A stretch of 64,000 bases of DNA from Clostridia bacterium. GTDB lineage: Bacteria > Bacillota > Clostridia > TANB77 > CAG-508. The notes below the pieces were generated by a model. The model worked only from the letters and a program-made list of their open reading frames with translations. It made no database searches and was not told the origin of the DNA. Positions 9,935-19,950 of this stretch are shown in pieces. A program made the position numbers and the translations under genes. The stretch spans positions 7,312 through 71,311 of the forward strand of contig JAFWKV010000017.1 of the NCBI GenBank assembly GCA_017511265.1, given 5' to 3'. Position 1 is the stretch's first letter; every line of letters starts with the position of its first letter.

Positions 9935-10747
9935 TCACAGCCGTTTGCAAATTTCCACTCTATTTTCAAAAATCAAAAGAAGTGTATTTATAAACTCATT
10001 AATATTTTTATCAGCTAAATGAACATAAATTTTTTGAGGCAAAATATCTAGTAAAGTGTTTAAAGCATAGTCATTTGAAGAAAAAGAAATATCAGATAAA
10101 TATCTTGCTTTAAACATATTTTTTTTTATATCTATAACATTTTGCTTTTCATCCAATAAAAAAGACTGGTTATTATTATAGACTAAATGAACAACTTTTA
10201 CAGAAGATATTTCAGAACTTACATATACTTTTAATAATGAAATGAATTCCCAATATTCTCTTTCAACAATATACTGATTTACAGCTTCATCTATTAATTC
10301 ACTCAAATATTTAATATATTTTTTTAGCCTAAAATTAACAAAACCTTCTAAATTAAGTTGCTTTTTTTCGAGCAAGTATGAATTAAAACAATCTAATAAT
10401 AATTTATATCTATCATTAAAATGGTATATACTATTTTCAGATAAATTTTCTAAACATATTTTAAAAACAGTATTTCTTTCATGAATATCAAAGTAAAAAT
10501 AATTTAAAAATATTAATCTTTTTATGAGCCTTTCTTCATAAAAATCAATTACTAAGCAGGAAAGGAGTTCAGATGTAGTAGAAATAAAAGATTCCAAGTC
10601 AATACCTGTATAATGAATGATTATATTGTCATAATGTTTGAAAGAATTACATGAAAAACAAATATTTTCTTGCTGGGTATTTTCTAGTAAATTTAGTAGA
10701 TAATTTATTTTATCTAAATCATTTGTTTTAATGCATATTGATTTCAT
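9935..10747 (-). CDS. Hypothetical protein. The start was moved to the MKSICIK ATG, which has an AAAGGAGA ribosome-binding site.
   Basis: ORF track 9935..10801. The internal start has a strong ribosome-binding site. Possibly YtxC-like sporulation protein (low confidence). Confidence 0.45.
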   Translation of the reverse strand: MKSICIKTNDLDKINYLLNLLENTQQENICFSCNSFKHYDNIIIHYTGIDLESFISTTSELLSCLVIDFYEERLIKRLIFLNYFYFDIHERNTVFKICLENLSENSIYHFNDRYKLLLDCFNSYLLEKKQLNLEGFVNFRLKKYIKYLSELIDEAVNQYIVEREYWEFISLLKVYVSSEISSVKVVHLVYNNNQSFLLDEKQNVIDIKKNMFKARYLSDISFSSNDYALNTLLDILPQKIYVHLADKNINEFINTLLLIFENRVEICKRL

Positions 10748-10865
10748 TTTAGAATCTCCTTTCGTAATTTTATTATCTACTAAAAAGCAATTATTATTCA
10801 ATTTATTAGATAACTTATATTATGCGAAAAAGAGATTAAATGAAACTTGTCAAGAAGAATCAAAT

Positions 10866-11031
10866 GGAACTGCTGTCAATGTCAATGGGGACGTGTCAAT
10901 GGGGACGGGCTTAAATGACACACTGATGCCTTGATGATGTTTTTTTGCCCCGTCCCAAAAGACAGCAGCTACATCTTCAAGGCATCAGTGTGTCATTTAA
11001 GCCCGTCCCCATTGACATTGACAGCAGTTCC
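10866..11031. repeat. Large imperfect palindrome (arms about 55 bp) downstream of the GH57 gene
   Basis: ggaactgctgtcaatgtcaatggggacg...cgtccccattgacattgacagcagttcc. Same GGGGACG motif family. Confidence 0.55.
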
Positions 11032-11046
11032 ATTTGATTCTTTCAG

Positions 11047-12636
11047 TTATGAATAAATTCTATAATCAATTTCGGGAAAAACACAATCTTTCTTAGAAAT
11101 ATCCTTTAAAAAGACTTCATCAATTTCATCAGATTTTATTTGATCATACAATTTAGTAAATCTACCAATATGGTCTTTTATACGTTTCTTAGCATAATCT
11201 ACCATAGTACCATTTGTAATAATAAACAGCCAATCACTGCTTTGTGCAAGAAGTAATTCACGTGCACATTGATTCAATGCTTTTTTCTTTAATCCTTTGG
11301 CGTTTGGATATAAATAAGCAAGTTCACACATTTTGTCTCCAGCAGTATGCAAATGTCTATGTACATAGTCATTAGTTTGATTAAGCCATACTTCGCTATA
11401 TCCATTAGCACCCCAACTTGAACGACATGGTGAAGCAATTTGAATTTCAGGATATTTATCAATATATTCAGAAGGAGTAATTAGTTTAAAATTACAATCG
11501 TCATAATAAATCTTTTTAAATAAAGTGTAAATCCAATCTGGACCTTCATACCACCAATGACCGTACAATTCTGCATCATAAGGACATAAAATAATAGGGG
11601 GAGTATCCATAAATTTAGACAAACTTTCTATTTGCTCATTTCTGCAATCAAAAAAGTGACCAGATTGCATATTTACAGAGTCTTGAGCCCATTGCAAATC
11701 ATAATAATCCTTTTCACAATCCTTACCTGTAATTCGATAATATTTTATTCCTGTATGTACTCTATCTCCATTAGGAGCAATATACGGTTTTATATATTCA
11801 TAATCATCTACATCATATCCAATATCACGATAGAACTCTCTATAATTAAAATCTCCAGGATAGCCATTTATTGAACTCCAAACTTGTCTTGAAGATTCTA
11901 TGTCACGACCAAATGCTATAACACCTTCTGGTGAAACTATAGGGGCAAATGTGCCATAAACAGGTGTTGGGTCAGCATATAATATTCCATGTGATTCTGT
12001 AATAATATATTCTATACCAAATTCTTTTAAATATTTATCAGCTTCTGGAACGTAACCACATTCAGGTAGCCAAATACCACGAGGCTTTTTTCCAAAATAT
12101 TTTTCATAGGTCTGAACTCCAACTGCTATCTGTGCTTTAACAGTTTTTTCATTCACATATAGAATAGGAAAATATCCATGTGTTGCACCACAGGTTATTA
12201 TTTCTAAAACACCTAAATCTTGAAACTTTTTAAATTGTTCTATTAAGTTTTTATTATATACATCCTTAAATAAGTGTAAATCATTTGAATATCTATCATA
12301 GTAATATTTTGCAAGTTTATTTAATCGCTCATCATACGAAGTTCTTTTTATTTCTTTTTTTGATAATTCAATAAGTCTTCTTAAATATTTTATATATTTT
12401 CTTTGCAATAATTTATTGTCAAGCATAGAAAGTAAAGGTGGAGTCATAGACATTGTTATTCTAAAATCAACACCTTCATCAATTAATTTTTGAAATTTAG
12501 TAAGCAATGGCATGTAGGTTTCTGATATTGCTTCATATAACCAAGATTCTTCCAAATAATCATCACTTTCAGGATGATGAATAAATGGAAGATGTGCGTG
12601 CAATACAAAGCTTACATATCCTTTTTTTTCTTTCAT
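11047..12636 (-). CDS. GH57-family 1,4-alpha-glucan branching enzyme
   Basis: N-terminus YVSFVLHAHLPFIHHPE is characteristic of GH57. 529 aa. Confidence 0.75.
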   Translation of the reverse strand: MKEKKGYVSFVLHAHLPFIHHPESDDYLEESWLYEAISETYMPLLTKFQKLIDEGVDFRITMSMTPPLLSMLDNKLLQRKYIKYLRRLIELSKKEIKRTSYDERLNKLAKYYYDRYSNDLHLFKDVYNKNLIEQFKKFQDLGVLEIITCGATHGYFPILYVNEKTVKAQIAVGVQTYEKYFGKKPRGIWLPECGYVPEADKYLKEFGIEYIITESHGILYADPTPVYGTFAPIVSPEGVIAFGRDIESSRQVWSSINGYPGDFNYREFYRDIGYDVDDYEYIKPYIAPNGDRVHTGIKYYRITGKDCEKDYYDLQWAQDSVNMQSGHFFDCRNEQIESLSKFMDTPPIILCPYDAELYGHWWYEGPDWIYTLFKKIYYDDCNFKLITPSEYIDKYPEIQIASPCRSSWGANGYSEVWLNQTNDYVHRHLHTAGDKMCELAYLYPNAKGLKKKALNQCARELLLAQSSDWLFIITNGTMVDYAKKRIKDHIGRFTKLYDQIKSDEIDEVFLKDISKKDCVFPEIDYRIYS

Positions 12637-12668
12637 TTATAGTTCTCCTTTGTAATAATCTAAAATAC

Positions 12669-12790
12669 AGTCTTAAAGATATATAGAAATTTTTCCTTTC
12701 AAAGACTGGGTCTTGCAACTTCGTTGCAAAACATAGCTAGGGTCTTCCTTCCCGTCTTTGAAGTTCAAAATTTTATATATCTTCAAGACT
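12669..12790 (-). repeat. MITE-like palindromic element, family R1 copy B
   Basis: Reverse complement matches 2158-2273, including the core ggaagaccctagctatgttttgcaacgaagttgcaagaccca and the AT-rich terminal inverted repeats. Confidence 0.6.
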
Positions 12791-12799
12791 GAAATTGAT

Positions 12800-13639
12800 T
12801 TATTTAAATGTAGAAGAAGTAGGTAAATCTTCTAATGTTTCATCTTCATAAATAGTCTTGTATAAATCATAAATGTTATAGATTTTTCCCATATTTTTAA
12901 TAAATGATATACTTCTAGTAGAAGTAACATTAGTCTTTACATTCCTGAAGTAAACCTTGTGCTCATCAGTATTAAATAAAATTTTATCATTAGGTGATTC
13001 AATATCATTAGAAGAAGAAACATAAATATAATTTGTTTCAATATGACTGACTGAAGGAATAGGGCGTCTACCTAGTTCAACACTATAATCACATTTACTA
13101 TCATTTACATGAATATACCAACTATTTGCAAAGTCATTAATTTCGACTTCAAAACTATAGTTTAAAGTTTTATTATGTATAATTAAAATTGGTTTGGTTT
13201 CTTCAAAGAAATTCTCTCCATAAATTCTTTTATAATTTTCTCTGTCTTCATCTGATATATCCCAATAAACAAATAGATTTTTAGGAGTTTGAGCTAAAAG
13301 TTTTACAATAGTTTGATTATATCTATAAGGTAAATCATAATATTCAACAATAGGAACAGCTTTAACTTTTGCAGCTTTTTTCCTTGTTCTTGAAGTTGAT
13401 GCTTTTTTGGCAACTACTTTAGCTTTACTATTTACGTTTTTTGAAGCAGAGCCTTTAGTACTACTATTTTTTTTAGTTTTAGAAGCAGCTTTTTTGGCTT
13501 TTATGGTCTTTGATAATGCTGCTGCTTTTGACACTGCTGTTTTTTTAGTTGTAGTTTTACTTGCTTTTTTGGTAATAGCTTTTGTTTCTTTCTTTTCGAT
13601 TTTTTCTTCATTTGTTATTTCTTTTGTTTTTCTAGGCAT
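12800..13639 (-). CDS. Hypothetical protein with a Lys/Ala/Thr-rich basic N-terminus (DUF4912-like partner of GH57)
   Basis: 279 aa. Basic low-complexity N-terminus followed by a conserved C-terminal domain (VEYYDLPYRYNQT..FVYWDI). Confidence 0.45.
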   Translation of the reverse strand: MPRKTKEITNEEKIEKKETKAITKKASKTTTKKTAVSKAAALSKTIKAKKAASKTKKNSSTKGSASKNVNSKAKVVAKKASTSRTRKKAAKVKAVPIVEYYDLPYRYNQTIVKLLAQTPKNLFVYWDISDEDRENYKRIYGENFFEETKPILIIHNKTLNYSFEVEINDFANSWYIHVNDSKCDYSVELGRRPIPSVSHIETNYIYVSSSNDIESPNDKILFNTDEHKVYFRNVKTNVTSTRSISFIKNMGKIYNIYDLYKTIYEDETLEDLPTSSTFK

Positions 13640-13837
13640 TTTATCCCTCCATTAGTAAAAATAATTTTCCTGCATATATATTATATTAAAATAGAAATAA
13701 TTTCAATAGTAAAATTAAAATTTCTTATTAAGTTGTTTTTTTTCTGTTTAGCAAATTTAGAATTTGCCATTTCTATTTTATTATGTTACAATTGAATAAG
13801 TTTATTAATATTAACTGTGAAAATTGGAGGAGAAACA

Positions 13838-14680
13838 ATGTTTTCAATAAATAAAATCAAAGTATATGCTTTTGTAGGACCATCTGGAACAGGAAAAAGC
13901 TATAGAGCACAGATGGTAGCAGGAGAAAAAAATATAGATTTTATAATTGATGATGGACTTTTAGTAAAAGACAATGAAATAATTGCTGGTAATTCTGCAA
14001 AAAAAGCACCAACAAAAATCGAGACAGTAAAACACGCATTATTTTTAAGTGATGAAGAAAAAGAAGAAATACACAAAGCAATTAGAAAATATAAACCACA
14101 AAGCATACTTATCTTAGGAACATCAGATGGAATGGTAGAAAAAATTGCAAGTAATTTGGGTTTACCTAAAATAATCGAAACAACATATATTCAAGACGTT
14201 GCAACAGAACAAGAAATGGAAACAGCAAGAAGAATAAGAGTTACAGAAGGAAAGCATGTAATACCTGTTCCAACTTTTGAATTAAAAAAAGATTTTTCTG
14301 GGTATTTACTAGATCCTCTTCAAATATTTAAATCGAAAGGAAAAGGACAAAAACCATACATATCAGAAAAATCTATAATAAGGCCAACATTTAGCTATAT
14401 GGGAAAATTCACGATATCTGATTCTGTATTTAGGCAAATTTCTGAGCATTTAGCCACAAAATCACCTGCAATTTATCGTATTTTAAAAACAAGAGTAGAT
14501 AATTACGAAGAAGGTCCAACAATTTATATGGAAGTAATGGTTGTTTATGGATATAACGTAATTGAAGAATTAAAAAAATTTAAGCAAAGAGCTAAAAAAG
14601 AAATAGAAAATTTAACGGCAATGAATGTAGTTTCAATGGAAGTTGTAGCAAAAAGTGTATATGTACCAGAAGAGAAATAA
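13838..14680 (+). CDS. P-loop NTPase domain protein, function unknown
   Basis: Walker A VGPSGTGKS and a GGAGGA ribosome-binding site. The C-terminal half is unassigned. Confidence 0.5.
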   Translation: MFSINKIKVYAFVGPSGTGKSYRAQMVAGEKNIDFIIDDGLLVKDNEIIAGNSAKKAPTKIETVKHALFLSDEEKEEIHKAIRKYKPQSILILGTSDGMVEKIASNLGLPKIIETTYIQDVATEQEMETARRIRVTEGKHVIPVPTFELKKDFSGYLLDPLQIFKSKGKGQKPYISEKSIIRPTFSYMGKFTISDSVFRQISEHLATKSPAIYRILKTRVDNYEEGPTIYMEVMVVYGYNVIEELKKFKQRAKKEIENLTAMNVVSMEVVAKSVYVPEEK

Positions 14681-14695
14681 AAAGGAGTGAAAGAG

Positions 14696-15361
14696 ATGCC
14701 ATTTGTAGTAGCAATAGATGGACCAGCAGGAACAGGAAAAGGAACTGTTACAAAAATTATAGCAGATAGACTAAATCTAATTTATATTGATACAGGTGCA
14801 ATGTATAGAGCAGTTGCATTAAAAGCACTTAAGAACAATATTAAGCCAGAAGAAACAGAAAAAATAGAAGAAATATTGAAAGATATTTCAATAAAATTAA
14901 ATAGAATAAATGAAAAACAACAAATATTATTAGATGGCATAGATGTTACACAAGAAATAAGAACACCAGAAGTAGATGATGTTGTTGCAAAATTTGCAGC
15001 AGTAAAGCAAGTTCGTGAAAAAATGACTCCACTACAAAGAAAAATGAAAAGTGAAGGAAATATAATAATGGAAGGTAGAGATATTGGTACAGTTGTATTT
15101 CCTGATGCAGATGTTAAAATATATTTAGATGCAACAGTTGAAGAAAGGGCTAAAAGACGTTATAAACAAAATCTAGAAAATGGTATTAAATGTACGTTTG
15201 AAGAAATTTTAACAAGCATAAAAGAAAGACATATTCTTGAAACCACTAGAGAAATTGCTCCGCTAAAACAGGCTGAAGACGCTATTTATGTAGATTCAAC
15301 AGAACTTTCTATTGAAGAAGTTGTACAAAAAATTATTGCAATTATTGAAGAAAAAATTTAA
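14696..15361 (+). CDS. cmk: Cytidylate kinase
   Basis: IAIDGPAGTGKGTV...DTGAMYRAV. Confidence 0.9.
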   Translation: MPFVVAIDGPAGTGKGTVTKIIADRLNLIYIDTGAMYRAVALKALKNNIKPEETEKIEEILKDISIKLNRINEKQQILLDGIDVTQEIRTPEVDDVVAKFAAVKQVREKMTPLQRKMKSEGNIIMEGRDIGTVVFPDADVKIYLDATVEERAKRRYKQNLENGIKCTFEEILTSIKERHILETTREIAPLKQAEDAIYVDSTELSIEEVVQKIIAIIEEKI

Positions 15362-15364
15362 ATT

Positions 15365-15472
15365 TTACACATTGACTAACAAATATAAAAATTTTTATAG
15401 CATTACATTTTCTATTCGAATGTAATGAACAGGAGACGATTAAAAATTTTTATATTTGTTAGTCAATGTATA
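15365..15472. repeat. AT-rich palindrome (32-bp arms) between cmk and plsC
   Basis: tacacattgactaacaaatataaaaattttta / taaaaatttttatatttgttagtcaatgtata. Confidence 0.45.
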
Positions 15473-15495
15473 AAAATAAAAGGAGTTGCTTAAAT

Positions 15496-16095
15496 ATGAA
15501 AGAATTTTTTACAAAAATAGAAAGAGGCTTTGTAAAAGGAATAATAAGATTTTACACAAAAATACTATATAGAACAAAAATAATAGGCACAGAAAATATT
15601 CCGCTGGAAGGACCACTAATTTACTGTGGAAATCATAGAACATACTTAGACCCACAGCTAATTGTAGTTACTGCAAAAAGACATGTACGATTTATGGCAA
15701 AAGAAGAATTAGGAAAAAATCCATTATTTGATGTATTAGGAAATGTATTTGATGTAATTAGAGTTAAAAGAGATTCAAAAGATATTATAGCATTAAAAGA
15801 AGCCTTAAAAACATTAAAACAAGGAGAAGCTATTGCACTTTTCCCTGAAGGGACAAGAAATGGATTAGAAAAAGGCGAGAAAGTTAAAGAAGGAGCTGCT
15901 TTTTTTGCATTAAGAACAGGTGCGAAAGTTATGCCAGTTGGAATTAATGGAGGAGACAAGTTATTTAAAAAAACAATAGTAAAATATGGCAAACCATTAG
16001 ATTTTAGTGAGTATAAAGGACAAGAAAAAGATAAAGAGGCTTTAGAAAAAGTTACAGAAGAAATTATGAATAACATTCTAGAACTTGCAAAGTAA
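15496..16095 (+). CDS. plsC: 1-acyl-sn-glycerol-3-phosphate acyltransferase
   Basis: Acyltransferase motifs NHRTYLD and FPEGTRN. Confidence 0.8.
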   Translation: MKEFFTKIERGFVKGIIRFYTKILYRTKIIGTENIPLEGPLIYCGNHRTYLDPQLIVVTAKRHVRFMAKEELGKNPLFDVLGNVFDVIRVKRDSKDIIALKEALKTLKQGEAIALFPEGTRNGLEKGEKVKEGAAFFALRTGAKVMPVGINGGDKLFKKTIVKYGKPLDFSEYKGQEKDKEALEKVTEEIMNNILELAK

Positions 16096-16186
16096 AAATA
16101 GAAACAAAAAAGACATATAATTGTAATAATTATGTAATAATCATATGATAAAATATAATATATAAATTTAGAAAAGAGAGATACAA

Positions 16187-17218
16187 ATGAATATAAAAAT
16201 TGAAAGTATGATGGAAAGATTTAATTCAATAGATAAAAGAATTCGCAGAATTAAGAATGAACATAGATATGAAGAGTCTCAATTTGAGACAGCTGAATTA
16301 AATATGAATAAATGTTTAAATTCTCTAGAACAAATTTTGCAAGAAATAGATACTGAAAGAGAAGAACTTACTAAAAATGAAAAAAGAATTTTTACTGAAT
16401 TTAGACAAGAATTTCCAAATGTAAGTGATGAGGACATTTATTCTAGTATGGAATATGAAGATGCAAAACAAAGTATAGTAGAGGACAGAAATTTATGTGA
16501 CAAATTAGAAAATCAAATTCACGAATACATTAGTAAATATGCTGATGAAATAGAAAAAATAAAACAAGATGAAACTGAATTTAAAGAAAAACAGGAAAAT
16601 TTAAAAAATGAGATAAAATTAAAAATACTTAACTCTTATGAAAAATATGGTGATGAGCTAGGGATTATTAGAAGCGTTGTTAAAGTAAATAATAAAGTAG
16701 TAGAAAATATTTTTGATGCTGGAACAAAGGCAGAATTTGAGCTATCAAAAGAATTGAAAGTACCATATAATTTTTATGAAGATGATAGTATTTATAGTGT
16801 TACACAAAAAGGTATGATATTTGAAGGTGGAAATTCTTTCAAAATAGCAGAAAAATGTACTTTATTAAGAGAAAAAGATGCAATTGCAAAAAGAAAGAAA
16901 AGAATGAGTCAATTAAAGCAGTTACTAGAAGAAAATGAAGAAGTATTTAATAAAGATGGAAAAATTATTGTTAAAGGTCTTGAAATACCTATAACTCAAA
17001 AAGAATTAATTGATATAGAATTATTACCTGAAAAATTTGGCTGGAAACCATTAGAACCAGAAATAGAAAATACTTCAAAAATAGATGACTCAAACAATAA
17101 AAGTGAAGAACAAGAAGACAATACAGACAACACGAAAGGTTCATCATTTTATATGATTGAATATAAACCAAAAAAAAGTAGTAAATTAAAAAACTTCTTA
17201 AAAAGAATTTTTGGATAA
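16187..17218 (+). CDS. Hypothetical coiled-coil protein (343 aa)
   Basis: ORF with charged heptad-like composition. No family recognised. Confidence 0.45.
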   Translation: MNIKIESMMERFNSIDKRIRRIKNEHRYEESQFETAELNMNKCLNSLEQILQEIDTEREELTKNEKRIFTEFRQEFPNVSDEDIYSSMEYEDAKQSIVEDRNLCDKLENQIHEYISKYADEIEKIKQDETEFKEKQENLKNEIKLKILNSYEKYGDELGIIRSVVKVNNKVVENIFDAGTKAEFELSKELKVPYNFYEDDSIYSVTQKGMIFEGGNSFKIAEKCTLLREKDAIAKRKKRMSQLKQLLEENEEVFNKDGKIIVKGLEIPITQKELIDIELLPEKFGWKPLEPEIENTSKIDDSNNKSEEQEDNTDNTKGSSFYMIEYKPKKSSKLKNFLKRIFG

Positions 17219-17223
17219 ATAAA

Positions 17224-17601
17224 TTGATTTTATTTATGGAGATAGTTAAAATGGAGCATTGGAGTATAGAAGAATATAAAGAGTACACAGATAGAACTGT
17301 AAAAAAGAGTAAATATAGAGCACAAAAAACATCTATAGATGGACATGTTTTTGACAGTAAAAAAGAGGCAGAGTATTATTGTGAGTTAAAAAATAGATTA
17401 CGTGCAAATGATATTAGTGGCTTTTGTTTACAACCGGTTTTTATTTTAGCTGATGGATTAAAGTATAAACCAGATTTTATAATTTTTAACAATGATAATA
17501 CGACTGAAGTTATTGATGTTAAGGGTGTAAAAACCAAGGAGTATATTGCTAAAAAGAAAATGTTTGAAGATAAGTATAATTTGAAAATAGTTGAAATTTA
17601 A
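17224..17601 (+). CDS. DUF1064-like (phage-associated) protein
   Basis: KYRAQKTSIDGHVFDSKKEAEYY motif, typical of DUF1064. Confidence 0.45.
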   Translation: MILFMEIVKMEHWSIEEYKEYTDRTVKKSKYRAQKTSIDGHVFDSKKEAEYYCELKNRLRANDISGFCLQPVFILADGLKYKPDFIIFNNDNTTEVIDVKGVKTKEYIAKKKMFEDKYNLKIVEI

Positions 17602-17724
17602 GTATGAGTCATAAGCGTTTCGTTTATGGCTTTTTATTTTTTCATAAATTTAGAATTATTATAATATGTTTATACAAAAGTATGATTCAAAAAAATTTAG
17701 CAATAGATACATATATAAATAAAG

Positions 17725-17874
17725 GAAATCTGCGTAAGCGACCAGCTAACGCATACTGCCACTGTAACAGGCAAAGCCTTAACAGTGGACAGCAAAACGA
17801 GCGGAGCGAGTGCGATTGGAGCAAGCTACAGACTAGTTATTTTTGTTCGTAGCTTGCGACACACAAAGATTTCC
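17725..17874 (+). repeat. Intergenic repeat family R3, copy A
   Basis: aaatctgcgtaagcga...gagtgcgattggagcaagctac...gtagcttgcgacacacaaagattt. Reverse complement recurs at 27081-27182. Confidence 0.55.
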
Positions 17875-17938
17875 GTATTTATATATTTATCATAGTGCTA
17901 AAAAATTTTGGATTGTAATAATATAAAGGAGGATTAAA

Positions 17939-18691
17939 GTGAAAAAATTTATGAAAAAAAATAAAAAAGCCATAATAGTTGGGGCAATCTGCTTACTTTT
18001 GATATGTTCAATTGTAACATTTTCATTTGGAATGCAGAGTTATTATAAATTAGATTTTTCTACAGGCTTAGTTACTGCAACCACATTAAATGTTAGAAGT
18101 GGTCCAGGTGTGCAATACAAGATTGTTGCTACAGTTAATAAAAATGAGTACGTTCGTGTATTTGCTGGAGTAGGTGATTGGTATATAATACAAGTTGAAG
18201 GTGATTACATAGGAGCTGTTAGTAAGAAATATATAAAACCTATATATCCAAAAGGTACATCAAATACAGGAAACACAAATAATAATACTGTTACAAATAC
18301 GTCACAGATGAATGCTGATGAGCAAGAAGTTTTTAATTTAATAAATAACCAACGAACCAATAACGGGTTGTCTGCATTAAAAAATGATAGTGAATTACAA
18401 AGGGTAGCAAGAATAAAGGCTCAAGACATGGTAAATAATAACTACTTTTCGCATCAATCACCAACTTACGGATCACCATTTGATATGATGAAAAGCTTTA
18501 AAATATCTTATAATACTGCAGGTGAAAACATTGCTGCCAATTCAAGCAATAGTGGAGCTGTAAATGCGTGGATGAATTCATCAGGTCATAGAGCAAATAT
18601 TCTAAATAGTAGTTTTAATTATACTGGAGTAGGAGTAGTAAGCAGTCCTAAATATGGGAAAATGTATGTACAGATGTTTATAGGTAAATAA
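17939..18691 (+). CDS. Secreted SH3b + CAP/SCP (YkwD-like) domain protein. Probable GTG start.
   Basis: Signal/TM segment, then SH3_3-like TTLNVRSGPG..WYIIQ, then CAP motifs NYFSHQSP and SSGHRANIL. Confidence 0.7.
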   Translation: MKKFMKKNKKAIIVGAICLLLICSIVTFSFGMQSYYKLDFSTGLVTATTLNVRSGPGVQYKIVATVNKNEYVRVFAGVGDWYIIQVEGDYIGAVSKKYIKPIYPKGTSNTGNTNNNTVTNTSQMNADEQEVFNLINNQRTNNGLSALKNDSELQRVARIKAQDMVNNNYFSHQSPTYGSPFDMMKSFKISYNTAGENIAANSSNSGAVNAWMNSSGHRANILNSSFNYTGVGVVSSPKYGKMYVQMFIGK

Positions 18692-18752
18692 ATATTTGTA
18701 CTTGACAGCAGGAATATGTGAGTATAAAATATAATTGAAAAGAGGGATACAT

Positions 18753-19727
18753 ATGAAAAAAAGGAAAAGAAGAAATAATTCAAATAGCTTAAAACCTTTT
18801 ATTATTCTGCTGTTTATAATTATAATAGCCTGTAGCACATGGCTAATAATAAAAAATGGTTCAAAAAGTGATAATACAAACATAGAGAATGAGTCAGAAG
18901 TAAAAGAAACAGCAACTCATGAGGAAGAAGAACAGCCAAAAGAAGAAGAGCAAAAAGTTTCAAAATTAAATGATTTAGCTGAAGATGAAGCTTCTTTTGG
19001 AAAGCTAGAGGAACCTGTATATAAGATAAATGAAAAAAATATAAAAGTGCCTGTGCTAATTTATCATGGCTTTTCAACACCAATGCTTTCAAATGAAGAT
19101 GATCCCTACAAGTTAATGTGTTCTACAGATTTATTTGAAGATCAAATAACTACACTTAAAGATGCAGGATATACTTTTATAACATTAGAAGATATGTATA
19201 AATATAAAAATGGCAAAATTGGTTTACCTGAAAAAAATATAACTATTACTATGGATGATGGATGGGAAGGAAACTATACAGAAGCATTTGATGTAATAAA
19301 AAAATATAATGTACCAGCAACTATTTTTATTGTAGAAGAGTTAGTTGGCACGTCAGGTTACTTTGATTGGGATCAAGCTAAAGAAATGTATGATTCTGGA
19401 TTAGTAAAAATTCATGTTCATGGTAGAAAACATTCATCTGCAACAGGGTATAATAGCAAAGATAAATTGATAGAAGATTATAACCATACACATTCTATGA
19501 TTGAGGAAAAGTTGGGGGCAAAAATACAAAAAATTATGGCTTATCCTGCTGGTGATAGTTCGGCAGATACGATTAAATGGTTAAAAGAAGCGGGCTTTGA
19601 AGTACAAGTACAAACTAAATATGGTACGGTAAATAAAAGTAATTCTTTGGACTTAACAGGCTTAGGAAGAATTCGTGCAGAGAAAGCTTCAGGTGCATCA
19701 ATACTAAAAACAATTAACAGTAAGTAG
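18753..19727 (+). CDS. Polysaccharide deacetylase (NodB homology) with N-terminal TM anchor
   Basis: ITMDDGWEGNY...ATIFIV and histidine motifs. Confidence 0.8.
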   Translation: MKKRKRRNNSNSLKPFIILLFIIIIACSTWLIIKNGSKSDNTNIENESEVKETATHEEEEQPKEEEQKVSKLNDLAEDEASFGKLEEPVYKINEKNIKVPVLIYHGFSTPMLSNEDDPYKLMCSTDLFEDQITTLKDAGYTFITLEDMYKYKNGKIGLPEKNITITMDDGWEGNYTEAFDVIKKYNVPATIFIVEELVGTSGYFDWDQAKEMYDSGLVKIHVHGRKHSSATGYNSKDKLIEDYNHTHSMIEEKLGAKIQKIMAYPAGDSSADTIKWLKEAGFEVQVQTKYGTVNKSNSLDLTGLGRIRAEKASGASILKTINSK

Positions 19728-19740
19728 ATTTGGGCGATGA

Positions 19741-19946
19741 TTTTGGGGTTCGAGGTGAAAAAGCATCAACTAGGGGAGCATTATTATTGTTAAACATTAC
19801 GACCTTGTTGTCGCTTTCTTTCATTGAAATGTATTAATGAAAGGAAAGCTCCAGCCGACTACGCTTCGCTCCGCCTACGCGGTCTTCATTTTTTAACAAT
19901 AATAATGCTCCCCTAGTTGATGCTTTTTCACCCCGACCCCAAAATC
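19741..19946. repeat. Large palindrome (about 53-bp arms) between convergent genes. Likely a bidirectional terminator or repeat element.
   Basis: ttttggggttcgaggtgaaaaagcatcaactaggggagcattattattgttaaa ... reverse complement at the 3' end. Confidence 0.55.
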
Positions 19947-19950
19947 ATCT

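Noticed and set aside
13407-13655. Plus-strand 82-aa ORF overlapping the DUF4912-like gene
   Set aside because: It is antisense to the Lys/Ala-rich region, which gives a Phe/Leu-rich artefact.
17604-17852. 82-aa ORF downstream of the DUF1064 gene
   Set aside because: It lies entirely within the R3 intergenic repeat, has no ribosome-binding site, and its translation is Cys/Arg-rich nonsense. It is a repeat element, not a gene.
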